The notes beneath the pieces were generated by a model that worked only from the letters and a program-made list of their open reading frames with translations, made no database searches and had not been told where the DNA came from. This document shows, piece by piece, positions 1-14,304 of a DNA stretch of 64,000 nt. Position numbers and translations under genes: made by a program. The first letter of the stretch is position 1, and every line of letters starts with the position of its first letter. This DNA comes from Anolis carolinensis (taxonomy: Eukaryota): NCBI RefSeq assembly GCF_035594765.1, contig NC_085844.1, positions 193,828,107-193,892,106 on the forward strand, given 5' to 3'.

Positions 1-1489
1 AAGAGAAAATGATTAGTTAGAAAGAGAACTGCAGATTTAATTTCACATCTTGGCTATACACTGACAAAGAAGTAGTCACCAAATATAGCAACTAGATCTT
101 GTCCAAAGCCAGGGAGTAACTAATGCCCCTCCCCAAATCTTCCCCAGACCCACCCCCTCCCCATAGCCCTCTCCACAGTCTCCCAACTAGACAATACTGT
201 TGGCAAATCAAGACAGCATGAAACATACAATAGAAACAAAAATGTGACATGTGCCAATGCATCAGGTTAACGATCCCGCTAAATGACAGGGTTCTCCATA
301 ACAGCATTTCTGTTTTGGAGCCAATTGTACCTTTGCCACTGAGCAATAACATCTATCATTCTGAGCATGCTTTGCAGTACATTTACAAGTGCTTCAATGC
401 CAGAGACAAAGAGAAGAGATTGGACACCTGATGTCTTCCCCTGGGACTTCTTTTCAGGAGCACAGTGTGACTGCCTCTTGGTGCAGTGACACTCAAAGGT
501 ACACCCAACACTTTAGCACAAATTAAAACATCCAGTTCAGTATGGTGTAAGGCATGTGGACAAGAAGAGATATCAGCAGTATACAGCAGGAAGGAAATGA
601 ATACCACACCAGAAGAAAGCATTGGTGCTCGATGCTCCAGTTCACCTGTTTTTAAACTCATTTTGAATCCCTGATTCCTATATAGAGAGATTGGAATTCA
701 ACTATTTTCTGAGGCCATATGCCATTGGTGAAAGGTAACCAATTCCTTGTGCTTCTGTCCATTTTCGGTGATGGCATATTGGCCGAAACTGTAGAAAGAA
801 TGAAGCAACAGGATGTCTTGAAAGGTGATTGTTGCTTGGCCTCCTCCAAGTGTCACAGTACTAAATTTGGATCAAGGAGTGGGGTACAAGGAGTCAAACT
901 GGCCCAGCCACTAGCACTGTCACAAAAAACCTTTAAAAAACAAGGCAAAGATTATGAAGCTCTTCTTTATAAGAAGCAGCTTAAATTTTAAAATAAATCC
1001 TCCAAAATCAAAGTGTTAGGTTTCTCCACCTAAAAAAGATTACACACATGCGCTGAGAAAGTGGCCACCACACAGATCTCAACAGCAACTTACTGTACAA
1101 AATCTAAGACTTAAAAGATCTGCTCTCACGTTTGTAGCCTTCTCAAACTGAAAAGATAAAAATCTGGCTATGGCTGGAACAACACAGAGAGGAACATTTC
1201 AGAAGAGTGAAGCTAGCAGCCTTGCTCTTCAAGCTATCAAAATGTTGTTAAACGGGGAAGGAACACTTCATGCACAAGATTTGGGTTACAAAATACATAT
1301 CCAAGTAAAAGCAAGAAAACCCCACTTTGCACTAGAATGCAACACTCAAACATTGCTCTGCCAAAGGCTGCTGGACATGTCTTGTTTGACAGAGGATGCA
1401 TGTGAAAGTGGCAAGAAGAGAGAGAGGAAGGGAAATCCAGGTTTCAGTCTACTTTTCCACATCTATTTCTCTTATATGGATATCTTCAA
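1..1489 (-). other. NUDT3: NUDT3 3'UTR (probably continues beyond the window start)
   Basis: Sequence without obvious repeats downstream of the stop codon; no clear poly(A) site identified. Confidence 0.6.
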
Positions 1490-1662
1490 TCATCTGATGT
1501 CAGAGAGTTCACTATCTTTTGAGAATGATGTGGTCACAACAGGAGTGCCGTTGTTAGCCAAATAGCCTTGCCTCAAGGTTTCAAAATATGAGGCCTGCAC
1601 AGGTTTGTGGTACTGCAGAACTTTTATGGCATCATCTATCTTAAACCATTCCCTTTTTCTTC
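1490..1662 (-). CDS. NUDT3: NUDT3 (DIPP1) coding exon 5 (last)
   Basis: Acceptor tttacctgcag at 1663-1673; reads (G)RKREWFKIDDAIKVLQYHKPVQASYFETLRQGYLANNGTPVVTTSFSKDSELSDIR*, stop TGA at 1492-1490; completes the codon split at the end of exon 4. Confidence 0.96.
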
Positions 1663-3194
1663 CTGCAGGTAAACAGAAAGGAGGAAAGTTAGCAATGCAG
1701 CAAAAATAACTGGAGAATTACAATCTTTTCTATAGAGAATTTCAGCTGACAAACTGCATGCATTTCACTAATGTAATATGCTGGCAAAAATCAAACAGCA
1801 ATACCTGCCATGTAATGATACCTTTATTGAAAGTCCACTCTTTAAAAAGGTAAATCTCTACTAGATTAATACTCTCCAGATTTCAAAAACCTACTGTCGT
1901 ATCTGATAATTTTCACATAGAGCAAGTAGACAGGAAAGAACACATTTTGTAAGGAAGACCCTTAAATAAATAGTATGGAACAAGTCAATAGTAAAGAAAG
2001 AATGGATTGCTGAAAAACATGTACAGAGCATTCCAAAAAGTCCCCAAGTTACGAACAGGATAGGTTCTGTAGGTTTGTTCTTAAGCTGAATTTGTATGTA
2101 AGTTGGAATAGGTACACTTCTAAAGTGTAACTCCAGCCAGAAGGAAAATCAGCTAACAAATAAGAATGGGATGAAAGGGGGAAATGCCTAAAAGTATACC
2201 AGAAATTCTATGGTGAGAGTTACCATTATAACAATTATGAAATTGTTTTTCAAATAAACACAAAATATGAAGCAACTAAGGCCTTTAAAAATCCTCATCC
2301 TCCAAAAATGTGGACATGTTCAAGTTAAGATTCCAACCTTCACTTGCACACCTCTTAAAGCAATAGAAGATACTGCACAGCTTTATACATTTTGCTCACT
2401 TTTAATGTAAGTATCATGCATCCACATTTTACCAGATCTCAGTCTCAATCCCTTCCACTGCAGGCTAGTAGGAACACTAAAGGTGAGAAGAGACTAATAA
2501 CTTCATCACACAGTAAAAGCAGTGTTTCTACATGTTTAAGAAATGGTAACCCTTCACACAACACAGGCTCCAACTGTGGGAGTGAGACATTCTGCCGTTT
2601 CTAAAGTGTTGGTTTTTCTTACTATTTCTAAACTGGTTGGCAATCAAATTATTTTTAAATTCCCTGCATAGAGAAGGCAAATATTGCCAATTTCCCCATG
2701 TGATGTTAATCCCTGTTGCCCGCTTTTATTGGCCTCTTGTAAATAAAACCATGATGCTGTGTGTGGGAGAAGCCAAAATGCCCATTTCTCCAGATTGCCA
2801 ATGCAGAGGCTTGGGGAAAGGGTTAATTTAAAACCACTTCCGATGATCATCAATGCAAAAGTTCTGGGAAAGATTAGGGTTAACTTTAAACCACTGCCTA
2901 CAATCCGGGGTGATTTTTTTTTTTAAAAAAAAAGATAAATACTCTAAATCCTGGAGGGACAATGGGAGGAAATCTCAGTGCAAACAACCCCAGGGAAAGT
3001 GCCAGCTTAAGAAAGGTGCTTCTGTTTCAGTAAAAGAGTCTTGAGTGCAAATGACACCATGAAAAGTGCCGCCTTAAGAAAGGCGCTTAATTCTGCTGCA
3101 GTGGAAGGCAGTGCTGCCTTAAAGGATGCCTATTTTAAAAAGTGTGTTGGTATACTTGAAATGGGAGGAGCCTGCCCATGTGATGCAAATTAAC

Positions 3195-4345
3195 TTGCTT
3201 ATGCGTTCCCTCATAGTTCGAGGATGATTGTCTTCCACCTTGGGGGTGTGTCCGTAGATGGCTGAAGAGACCTATTCTTGATCTGCATGTTCTCCCGCAG
3301 TGAGGACATCGGTTTCCAGGTGGAAGGCGGTCCCGATCAGGGTTGGCTTGCGCTCCTTCCTCTTGGCACGTTTCTCCCTTAAGCCCTCCATTCGTGCCTC
3401 TTCGAACTCCGCAGCACTGCTGGTCACAGCTGACCTCCAATTAGAGCACTCAAGGGTCAGGGCTTCCCAGTTCTCAGTGTCTATGCCACAGTTTTTAAGG
3501 TTGGCTTTAAGTCCATCTTTAAATCTCTTTTCCTGCCCACCAACATTATGTTTCCCGTTCTTGAGTTCGGAGTAGAGTAGCTGCTTTGGGAGACGGTGAT
3601 CGGGCATTCGGACAACGTGGCCAATCCAGCGGAGTTGATGGCGTAGGAGCATCGTTTCAATGCTGGTGGTCTTTGCTTCTTCCAGCATGCTGACATTTGT
3701 CCGCCTGTCTTCTCAAGAGATTTGCAGGATTTTTCTGAGGCAACGCTGATGGAAACGCTCCAGGAGTTGAGTGTGATGTCTGTAGACCGTCCACGTTTCG
3801 CAGGCGTAGAGCAGGGTTGGGAGGACAATGGCTTTATAAACAAGCACTTTAGTATCTCTACGGATGTCCCAATCATCAAACACTCTCTGCTTCATTCTGA
3901 AAAATGCTGCGCTTGCAGAGCTCAGGCGGTGTTGTATTTCAATGTCAATGTTGACTTTTGTAGAGAGGTGGCTGCCAAGGTAGCGGAAATGCTCAATATT
4001 TTCTAATGTTACACCATTAAGGTGTATTCCTGGCATTGCAGAGGGATTAGCTGGTGCCTATTGGAAGAGCACTTTAGTTTTCTCAATGTTCAATGAGAGG
4101 CTGAGCTTCTCGTATGCTTCTGTGAAGGTGTTTAGAGTGGCTTGTAGATCTACTTTTGAGTGCGCACAGACTACGTTGTCATCGGCATATTGGAGTTCTA
4201 TAACAGATGTTGTGGTGACCTTGGTTTTGGCTCTTAGTCTGCTGAGATTAAATAGCTTGCCATCTGTCCGATAGATGATTTCCACACCAGTGGGAAGCTT
4301 CCCATCAACAAGGTGAAGTATCATAGCGATGAAGATAGAAAATTA
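3195..4345 (-). mobile_element. RTE-clade LINE, 5'-truncated (RT C-terminal half), disrupted
   Basis: ORFs 4058..4324 (ELQYADD), 3713..4036 (FRYLGS, LLYACETW), 3272..3688 (QLRWIGHVVRM...PKQLLYSEL) and a CPHCGRTC zinc-finger tail; in NUDT3 intron 4. Confidence 0.92.
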
Positions 4346-4488
4346 AGCAGATGGTTGAGACAGAAGCTGGAGGAGGTGATCTAAGTGTGATGGGAGTGAG
4401 TAAATTCTTCCTCTTCAGAATCCCATGAAACTCCACCCTTTCCACCACTTTCTCTCGTTTTCTGTAACTCCTTGTGATGAAGTCCCAT

Positions 4489-4634
4489 GGCTGGATCTAC
4501 ACTGCCATAGATGCCAGGATTTGACACATTTTCTGCTTTATATTAGATTATATGAGTCTACACTGCCATACATTCTGGGATAAGCAGATAATCTGGGTTC
4601 AGATCCTGGGGTATAGGGCAGTGTGGAAGGGGCC
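4489..4634. mobile_element. Palindromic non-autonomous DNA transposon (PIF/Harbinger-like MITE)
   Basis: ggatctacactgccat...ggcagtgtggaaggggcc inverted ends; related to 62768-62917 and 52194-52566. Confidence 0.6.
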
Positions 4635-4684
4635 TAGGAGCTGCAAATTCAATTCTGGCTTTCCCTACCTGCTTTGAGATAGAT

Positions 4685-5370
4685 TATTATATTATTATGT
4701 TTATAACCCTGCTTTTTCTCTTCACAAGGAGACTCAAAGCAACTTACATTGAAAGCATTTCAATACAATTTAAAATATATAAATATACAAACATTAAAAC
4801 AGAATAAAACATCAATAGTGTATTTAAAAATTCACAGCTTAAATCCATAAAAACATATTCAAAACAGAAAAACCACAGTACCCCTGATTTTAAAAACCTT
4901 CTTTTTAAAAGCCTGCCTAAATAAAAAGGTTTTATCCTGCTGATGAAAGGACAGCATTCTGGCTTCCCTGGGCAGGAAGTTCCAGAGTTAAGGGGTGGGA
5001 GAAGGGCCTCTCCTGGGCCCAGGCAGGTCCATACAAGATGGTGCGATCAGCCAAAGCCTGGACCTGAGCCGTCTAAGGCTTAAAAAGATATAACCAGCAC
5101 TTTAAATTGTGCCTAGATACAAACTGGCAGCTACTGGAGCTGCTGCAACACGGGGGTTGTCCACTTCCTATAGCCAGCCCCATTGAGCAAACTACAGCTC
5201 TTTGGGCCAGCTGAAGATTCCAAACACGCTTCAATGGCAATCCCATGTAGACTGTGTTACAGTAATCCAGAAGGGATGTTACTAAGGCATTGACCACCGT
5301 AGCCACAGATCTGGATTCTCAAGGACCAGTGCAGTTGGCAAACAAGTTTTAACTGTGCAAAGACCCCCCA
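4685..5370 (-). mobile_element. L2-clade LINE 3' fragment
   Basis: ORF 5073..5306 TVVNALVTSLLDYCNTVYMGLPLK, a typical L2 RT C-terminus, followed by 3'UTR-like sequence. Confidence 0.8.
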
Positions 5371-6149
5371 CAAGGCAACCAGAATTAGCTTGATTGCTGA
5401 ACTAGCATAGCAGAAGACTAGGATATGAATTATCATTCTGCCACAAAAACCTAGTGGGTGACCTTGGGCAAATCACATTCTCTTAGCTGCAGAGGAAGGC
5501 AATGACAAGCCTCCTAGCAACAAATCTTTAACAAAACTCTGTAACACTGTAACACTGTTGCTACAAGTTAAAATTGACTGAAATGCACACCACAACAAAT
5601 TTCCCACATGGATTACTATAATATAGCATATACTGAAGTTGTCCTTAAACAACACTTTTAAGCTGTGGCTGCCAAATGTAGTGGCCAATAATAGCTGTGG
5701 TACACCTTCAAAGAAGTTATATCACACCAATCTTCTAAAAGCTGTATTGGCTGCTTAGAGTTCAATTCAAGGCTTACCTATAAAACCATAAATGGCTTGG
5801 GAGAGTGCTGCCTCAAGAGGCTGCCCATTTTTAAAATATTCAGGGAACACATTTCTCAAATAACAAGTATATAACAAAAACATGAAAACCTTCTGTGTTT
5901 TGGCATTCCACTACGAAAATTTCCCAATAATCTAACAATTTTTCAAAGTCACACAAGAATATTGATGGTTGTAGTAAACAGCCAAAATGTTACTCTTTGC
6001 TTTAAAAAATAAATAAATACAACCTCTGTTTGATATTCATTTTATTTTTTAAAAGCCATTGGTGTAAATCTAAAGCCAAAATAGAAAAGAGGATTCAGCT
6101 GTTATTGTCCTACAGAGAATCAACGGAATAGATGATGTATATGTCTTAC

Positions 6150-6234
6150 CAATATTCACAGAGTCCTCCCAATCTTCTAATACTTCTGTGACAATGAGTA
6201 CGTAAACATATGTTCTGTGTTTCCTGTCTGGATT
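6150..6234 (-). CDS. NUDT3: NUDT3 coding exon 4
   Basis: tttcag|AAT...ATT G|gtaag; NPDRKHRTYVYVLIVTEVLEDWEDSVNIG, 85 nt (inside ORF 6070..6303). Confidence 0.97.
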
Positions 6235-6504
6235 CTGAAAGGAGAAAGACAAGATTAAGACACAAAACCCCCAATACCTGCAAAAACACACACACACACA
6301 CAATAGGGTGAGTAAAGTGTTCTTAAAAATGTTTCCTGAAATAAATGCCTTGCCAAAATTAACTGACCGACTAGGACTTACATTTGAACAACTTATGGAA
6401 GATCACAGTTCCCTGTCCCTGCTTTAAAAGTGCTCACATTTTAAACCTGTAATATATATATCGTAATGATAAACGTGTTTTTGTCTCTATCAATTTCTAC
6501 TTAC

Positions 6505-6549
6505 CTCAAAAATTCCTACTAATCTTCCTAATGTCCCTTTCACTCCAGC
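6505..6549 (-). CDS. NUDT3: NUDT3 coding exon 3
   Basis: catag|GCT...GAG|gtaag; AGVKGTLGRLVGIFE, 45 nt, completes the Nudix box. Confidence 0.96.
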
Positions 6550-9500
6550 CTATGAAAAGTTCAGAGAAAGAAAAATATGTAATTGTAATTCTTGCTTACA
6601 GCTCAACTATTTATTTCAATATAATCCATAATACGTATGATGTGGGAGATTTAGGATCAAGTCCTCTCAACACCTTTTTCAAAGCCGAAGAAGGAACTTT
6701 GTGGAGGGGGGGGGGGGGGGAGAGAGTTGCAATATAATCCTGGTCTGCAATAGCAACATTTTATAATTAAAATAACACCCTTCCTCATAGCTGCTTTAAG
6801 TCTTGCCAGGAAAAATACAAGATGCAGTCAGCACCTGAATCATTACTGTATTCTCTAGTTTCAGGGAACTAATAGCTCCTGGGGGGCCAGAGTATCAAAT
6901 ATAAAAATCAGGGGGAAAGCTTGAACACCCACTAGTCCAATATCACTGCTCTAGCACGTGTTGGCTGCTTTTAGGCTTTAAAGAGAAAGACACTAAGACC
7001 CAAACACAAATCTCCCATGTCATATGTAGCTTGGCCTTTTGACTAACAGGTTTATAAATAAAGGGGAGAGAGAATACTGGAAGTGTCAATTCATGTAAAA
7101 TAATATGAGTAAAGGGACTGACATTAACTCAGCATATTCATAAACTATGTTAAGCATTTCCATCACTTGATACCTTAATTTTAAAACAGAACAGATTTTA
7201 TCAATCAAGTCCTTATGGAATAAAAGAGAAAGCAATCTCATAGATCAGTGTCACATTCCAGCATTAAAACAATCTTTCAATCTTCATACCCAAGTTATTT
7301 TGCTTACTTAATTTTTTAAATAAATTCCAAATGAAATACACACATGATAATCCACATGGGATTCAATCTGTTGAGAAAATCATCCTCACCAAGCCTTGTT
7401 AAAATGAATGCAAACTGAGAAAATCACATTAGGGCACCTGTGTAGGTTCAATTTATTTTAGCACAACTGCAGAGATGGACCTACTAATGAATTGCAAGCC
7501 CTGGTTCAGATCTGCTTCCCTTGAAAGTACCGAAGATTCACTAGAAAGAGATGCACCCCACTTTGCCCTACTGATGACCTCTATTTTGTTGTACGTTATG
7601 AACCTCCATATAGAATAAATACAGTAAATACTGAATAATAAAAAAACAAGCAAACATACTGTGTATATATTCGTATCTACAGCTGAATCATTTTTTTCTG
7701 ATTAGATGCATCTTACTAAATTGTTCGTTACTATAAAATAATTAGCCCAGTTTGCAACCAGGCCAAGTTCAACATATTGTTGTTACTGCATAAAGGACAC
7801 AATTATGTGAAATCAGGATATCTCCCTCATCAAGGTGTCTGGTTCATGTAGGTCTGAGGTTTATTGGGGACCAGTAGAAGCAGAACTTTTGAGGTGCTGT
7901 TTCCCAGGTGATGTCATATATGCCCCTGCTTTGATTCTAGCATATGCTTCAGACATTTTCCACAATAAGACTGAAATATATATCTCCAGAAAGAAATATG
8001 CACCAAGGAGGAAAATGTTATCATATTTTATCTGATGTGGTATTAAACCTACTTTTTATTTCTCCCTAACTATATTAAAAAGTCTCGCAATTCTTATAAA
8101 CTATAGTGAAAAGAGAATACTTTGTTGCCATCACCACATCAGCAATATGCCATCTGGTTGAATTTTTTCTAAGAGGTTCAGCTTAGAATACAGCTGGATA
8201 ATCATCAATACAAGACCAATATACCCCTCAATCTTCTAAACCTGGCCAAAACTGTTCCCAATCTAGCAGTTCGCTGCGTTGGGCTGAGAGAAAAGCTGTA
8301 TGTAAGACTTTAGTGTTATGACTTAATATTCTCAAACAACATTCCCTCTCATTTACAGCCAACTCAGGTCACAGAGAAAGTGTTAAACCCTGGCTCCTGC
8401 TGAGCAAAGAAGGATCCAATCCTAGATTGATACCTTGCCCTATTAAACATGCCAACTTGTAAGTGAGCTTAATATACAAGATTGCTACACAGGATCTTTA
8501 CTGATTGTTGCTAACCAGGAATGAAAACTTGAAAATTCTACATGTGTGAAGTGGAAGGGAGAATGCTCAAAATGGAGGTTTATGTCAGTTTCTTCGTATA
8601 CTGTGTATTATGTCAAAATAATTCCAGCAATCCAGCCACATCCATAGGCTGTCTTGGGTTACTGGTAAGTGACAATACTTCTATAAACAAATGCAGCTGT
8701 TTCTTATATTTTCAATAGTTCGGCAGTTCAAACAAACAACCAGCCAATTCTGAATGGCATGCACATGTTTTTTTTTTCAAAATTACTAGCCTCAACAAAA
8801 GTATATGTTTCTTTCCTATGAAACTCTTTGTAATTTTGCCCAGAGAACACTCCAACTATTGCCCAAGATCCTGCAGCAAAAGACATACTTGTTTCATACA
8901 GCTACATCTGATTATACTACCCTGTCTCCTAGGCCCTTTGTAAGCCTGTCATTCACCATAATATGATCATTCCTTGGCTGCCAAAGCAGAAAAATCAGCA
9001 ATAACACACACAGCGATGATTCTTTTGCTGGATGCATGCAACAGGTACATGCAGGGACCTCCAAGTCCATAGGCTCTGGAGGCAATCTTGCAGATTATAT
9101 TCCTGCTGCCTGTTCCTATAAAGGAAATTATTAAGTTGCTCCTAATTGCCCCCTCCATTGGACTCTAATAACCTTAAAATGGCTGTGGTGGGGGACTGTG
9201 TAGCTTACAAGGTGGGTAGAAGAGAATTGGTCATTGTGTTTGGAATAGAATGCCAACCTGTGAAATGGCCAAAAAGTGGGTTATGATAATGTAAGATGAA
9301 TTTACATCACTCTAAATTACTAATAGGAAATTAACAATTGTTTGCATAATCATGAATCTTGACAAAATCAACAAAGGGTTGAACTAGATGGCACACATAC
9401 AGTACATATTGCATTTTTCAGACAGTTACTGTATTTATTGCAATAAAATTAACAGAAAATTTTGTAATGGTATGGGATTTTTCTGAACTATACTCCATCA

Positions 9501-9799
9501 GATCTATGAAATGTTAAGTTTGCAAATATAATAAATTAGTTTACTGATCAATTACAATATTTATATCCTGTTGTGTGTCACAAGATCCCATAGTGACATA
9601 TCAATAAAATCAAATTTCAACCATTTAAAGCCATTTAAGTATTAAAATAGGAATAATTTAAATAAGCAAATGGGTATTATAAATTTAGAAATGTTTAAGC
9701 ATTTCTCCAAGATACACAGCCTGAAAATAACCACCGAACAATGAGAATAAATTAATACATATCACTGGCAGCTAACACAAACGTATTTTGGAAACGTAC

Positions 9800-9910
9800 C
9801 TCTTCGCAAACTTCCCGTACAGCAGCCACGCTAGGCTCTTCTTCAGGCTCCATACCACCTCCTGGAACGATCCATCTATCTGGATGACGACTACTGCTCA
9901 CTAACAACAC
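9800..9910 (-). CDS. NUDT3: NUDT3 coding exon 2 (most of the Nudix box)
   Basis: ggtag|GTG...GAG|gtacgt; VLLVSSSRHPDRWIVPGGGMEPEEEPSVAAVREVCEE, 111 nt; with exon 3 gives GGMEPEEEPSVAAVREVCEEAGV, matching GX5EX7REUXEEXGU. Confidence 0.97.
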
Positions 9911-11580
9911 CTACCAATAAGAACATAGTTTATGATTACAGTGTATACATTTTCATTATATAATTGGTACAACCTTATAATATAAAATTGCAGATAATGA
10001 TAGGTTGGCTAGTTTCCAAAATCTGCTGGCGCAAGCAAAAGCTTGGTCTCAAAATATGGACTACTTCTACATTTGCCAAATGAAGATAAATGAGCTCCGG
10101 AAAGGCCAGACAATCCTGGAAAGTGATGCAAGCTTGACAAGAAGACTAAGCAGGAGAGAATTGTCTCCTATTTCATAGGTCCTGACTGAAAATATAAATG
10201 CAATGAAATCCAAACATATTCTTTTATTACTGAGTTCTGACTGGATAAAAGACATATCTCAGCTAATAAATCCTTTGACAAAGATGTTCTATTAGGAAAA
10301 GATGACAGCAACCCTGACTTTGCCAAAAGATTGCAATATAATTGATTCAGTATTCTTATTCCATAGTAGGTAAGAGTAGGTCCATATATGAAGATAATAC
10401 TACATTTTTTAAAAAAAAGCAAAACAAAATCTTCCATACTCGTCATACCTCAAAGTTTATGAGAGTTAAACCAGAATTTTATATATTATTCAAACTAGGC
10501 CTTTTTTGTAAAAAGTTATTACACCCTAAAGGTATTTGTTACTATACATCACATTTTCTCTCTAGCTGCCTTTATTTCAGAACAACTTCAATATTACTTA
10601 TTCTTCCAGAGAAAAAGAGAGAGAAAACCAAAGAAAGAGAAGGTGAGAGAGATGTCTTACTGACAAGTTTGTAATCTGTACCCTCCGGTGAATTGCTGGT
10701 TCTGCAAATGGGCCCTCCTTTGCCGACAGTTGGCAAACTTTTTGCTATCAACAGTTACTTTACACCAGCGCAATAAAACATCCCTCGTCTCTAAAGAAAA
10801 TGATCAGACCACAGAATTCTGAACTGAAAGCTGAAAGGATAGAGGCCTTTCATTTAGGTCACAGTTTGCAAATTAGAACTTGAATCTGAATTGGGATGTT
10901 TCAAAGGAAAGTGAGTAGAAAGGAAGCATGTGCTATGTTTAGTTTAAAAGTACACCGACACAAAAAGGGCATCAGATGCCTTTGTTTATGCTTACTTGAC
11001 ACCAATCCTCAAATTTAACAATCTGCTTTAATATGCAGGTTTATGTATAAAAAATTTACAGACACTGTAAAACCAACAAACAAAGGTTCTCATTTAAATA
11101 TCAGTCTTTTTGTAAAAGTGATTATTTAGTGTCCAAAAATGGATATCTAAATCATAATTTTTACCTAATTATAAAATGTTGTTTGTTTTTATGACACTTG
11201 AAAATGAACAACTATACAAAGAAAGGGGGATTAACTTTAAGCAAAAGCAGAGCGCTATACTTTAAATCCCTCTGAATCATTATCTAAAAACATCTATCTT
11301 GCTAAATATAGCTCAGCTGGGAGTGTGAACACTGTTCAGGTGAGAGCGGGCACATCATTGGCTACCTTTATGCTAAAATTCATAGGGTCTGATCTAGACT
11401 AAGCTGAGGTACCACCACTTCTAAGTAAGTAAGTAAGTAACTTTATTTTTCTACCCAGCCACCATCTCCCAGCAGGGACTCGGGGCGGCTACACGGGACA
11501 CAGGCCCAAAGATACAGAACAAGTAGATCAGTTAAAACATCTAACTGGAAGTATGTTCCACTAAATTTATTTAGATTCAG

Positions 11581-11758
11581 GACCTCATCACACTAGAGCT
11601 TGGATCTACTTTAAATCTACTTTAAATCCACTTTAAGGAGGGGGGCTTTAAACAGCTCAGCCAAACAGGTCCTGGGTCTCACCAAACTACAAACCCCAGA
11701 ATTCTGCAGGAGGTAGAAACCAGATTTAAAGTGTATTCATGCTCTAGTGTGATGAGGC
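11581..11758. mobile_element. Palindromic MITE
   Basis: TIRs cctcatcacactagagc / gctctagtgtgatgagg. Confidence 0.75.
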
Positions 11759-14304
11759 TACTAATCTAGTCTGAATAGGGCACATACTCCAGAACCAGAC
11801 AGATGTTTTTCCTTTACTTTAAAATAGGTGTACATACATTTAACAAAAAAGAAGAAAGTCAAACCCAGCAAAGTAAGACACCCTAAAAGATATTTCTTTG
11901 GATGTTTGGTTTGAAAACAATTACAACACAGACTATTCTGAACTAAATCTTCAAAATGTGTGGAATATCTGAAGTTCAAACAGACTTGGAAAATCCTTAG
12001 TACCAATCACCTGAAATTGGCATTGGGAAATCTGAATTATTTTCAAGTCTGAGCAGAAGAACAACACACACACAAAATTTTAAGACAGAATGTTGTTTTC
12101 TATTTATTACATTGTAAAGTGTGAAGCAAATATTTCTCATAATATTTCTAAATCATCTTTTGACAAAAACTGGGCACTAAATGCAATTTCAAACTAAATT
12201 AAGAGCACAACATCCTTAATACAGGCATGCCTCAGTCAACAAAGCATCTGACAAAGAAACTCCTTTTTACAGTCTTTTTATGCACATCCAACTGCCTTCC
12301 TATTTTGAGGTTAGGAATTTTAAGTGACATTTAAAAAGTTCTAAATGTTTTCATTTACTCATGGGCTTATCTAACCTGGTAGTTTCATTTTACATTATAC
12401 TGTTAGTTTAAGATAAAAAAATATATTTGTTGAATCATGTTGAACTTTGTTCTGGTCCAGGAATGTATGCGTAGTCTTTCCATGAGATCCCTGCCTTTGG
12501 TACCAAATTTTCTATTAAACAAGTAAAACCTAGGAACACATGTACTTAATTACCGGAGGCATACCTGTACCAGACTGTGAACAGTAAACAAAACCACAGT
12601 GCTGTATCAAATAATTTAAAATCACTCTATTGCATTAATTAGCTATCATGTATACTCTAATTTTCCATGTTTCTGACACTTAAAATACATTAAATGAACT
12701 ATTTCTAAATTAAGCCTTTGTACAGTATCTCTAAACCGAACAATGAATGTGGCCAGAAGTCCTCAACCTATGTTCCCATTAACCTAGTCCTTAATGGTGG
12801 CAGAACATGTAGAAGGGCACTGACTATGAAGATTTGTTTTCTCTAATGGCAACATTCAAGTGGGCATTCTTGTCAAATAATTGAGATCAGTTTACATCAA
12901 TTTTGCTGAAAAGAGGCAAAATCACATGCTCATCTCTAACAAAATAAAACACTTGATGCATTGGTTGACATCACATAAAAATAACTTCATTATTAAAAAG
13001 CTTTAACAAGTGAGACCTTTTTCTGTTTGTAAATGCAAGTGCTATAATGATCTTCTTCCCAGTGACTAAGATATTGCGCAAATTTGAGGGGGGAAATCCC
13101 AGAATAAGACCAAACCTGATACTAGAATACTCCTATGTCAGGATGACTTCTATGCTATTACTATGTGACAATGTGCAACTTAATTTTATGTATTCACACA
13201 AGAATTCTAGTTTTTAAAAAAGAATTCGGGTTCTTACATACTACATAAAATATGAGTCTTCCATAAGATTCATGGCTTACACATATTTTTCTGTTACTGC
13301 TATGAAAGAGCTGGCCATCTCTTTCTTTTTCCCAGACAACCATGTAAAAACAGCCTTGAAAACCTTGGCCACTTTATATTCATTCGTAAATTCAACCATA
13401 ATTGACCAAAAAAAAAACAAACCACTTCTTCCAACACTGCTAATCTAAAAAGCCCTTTTAAAGAGTTCAGCCATTTCCAAGTGACATGATGAAGGCTTCA
13501 CATCAAATGGGTGGTATTAAAAGAAACAAAAGAACTAACTCTTCACACTGATTTCTTCTCAGGACCAGTATTGTTAACGAAGTAAATGAGTAGCACTGAA
13601 GAATGTTTAATTGTTGTGCTGCAGTTCCGGCTGTACTTTGGAGCTAAATGAGAATGCCACCCTAAGAGTGAAAGCTATACTAATCTGGAACTATTTACTA
13701 TTACATGAATAATTCACAGCAGAATAAGAGAAAGCAAACTAAGACTGTGCAGTTTATATTCTACATTAATTTGGGAGGGGGGCCTTACTTCTGGCTTCAA
13801 TGGGAAAGTTCTTACTGTACAAATGAAAACCACCATCCCAGAGCACAGCAAAGAAAGAATACAAAACCACTCTGCACCCATTCAGCACAATGCTTCACTG
13901 ATAACTACAGATATCTAACAGATAGCTCTTCTATGGGATGATCCCCCTGCCCAAAAAAACACCAAACTACATTTGGGCAGATCTAATGACCTTTCATTTT
14001 TTACACACAGAGCTAAAACAAGCAGCTTTGGAAGATAACACATTTATTTTCCTGTTCTGTATGTTAATTTGCTTAAGTAACAAGTCATGTAGCATCTCTT
14101 CCCAGCTCAACTGCCTTGTTTTAAGTTACCCATTAATAAAACTACTAGTACCACTTCTTCCCTCTACTCTCCCATTCTGCTTCTTCACAATTTATATGTG
14201 TCAGGAAGACTGAATTAGCTTCTGTAGTAAACTGTAACCATTCTTCCTGCAGTGCTCACTAGCCCACATTAACAATGGCTTGAACACTGTGTATACGTCT
14301 AGGC

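Noticed and set aside
1170-1565. 131-aa + strand ORF
   Set aside because: Antisense to NUDT3 exon 5 and 3'UTR; no recognisable domain.
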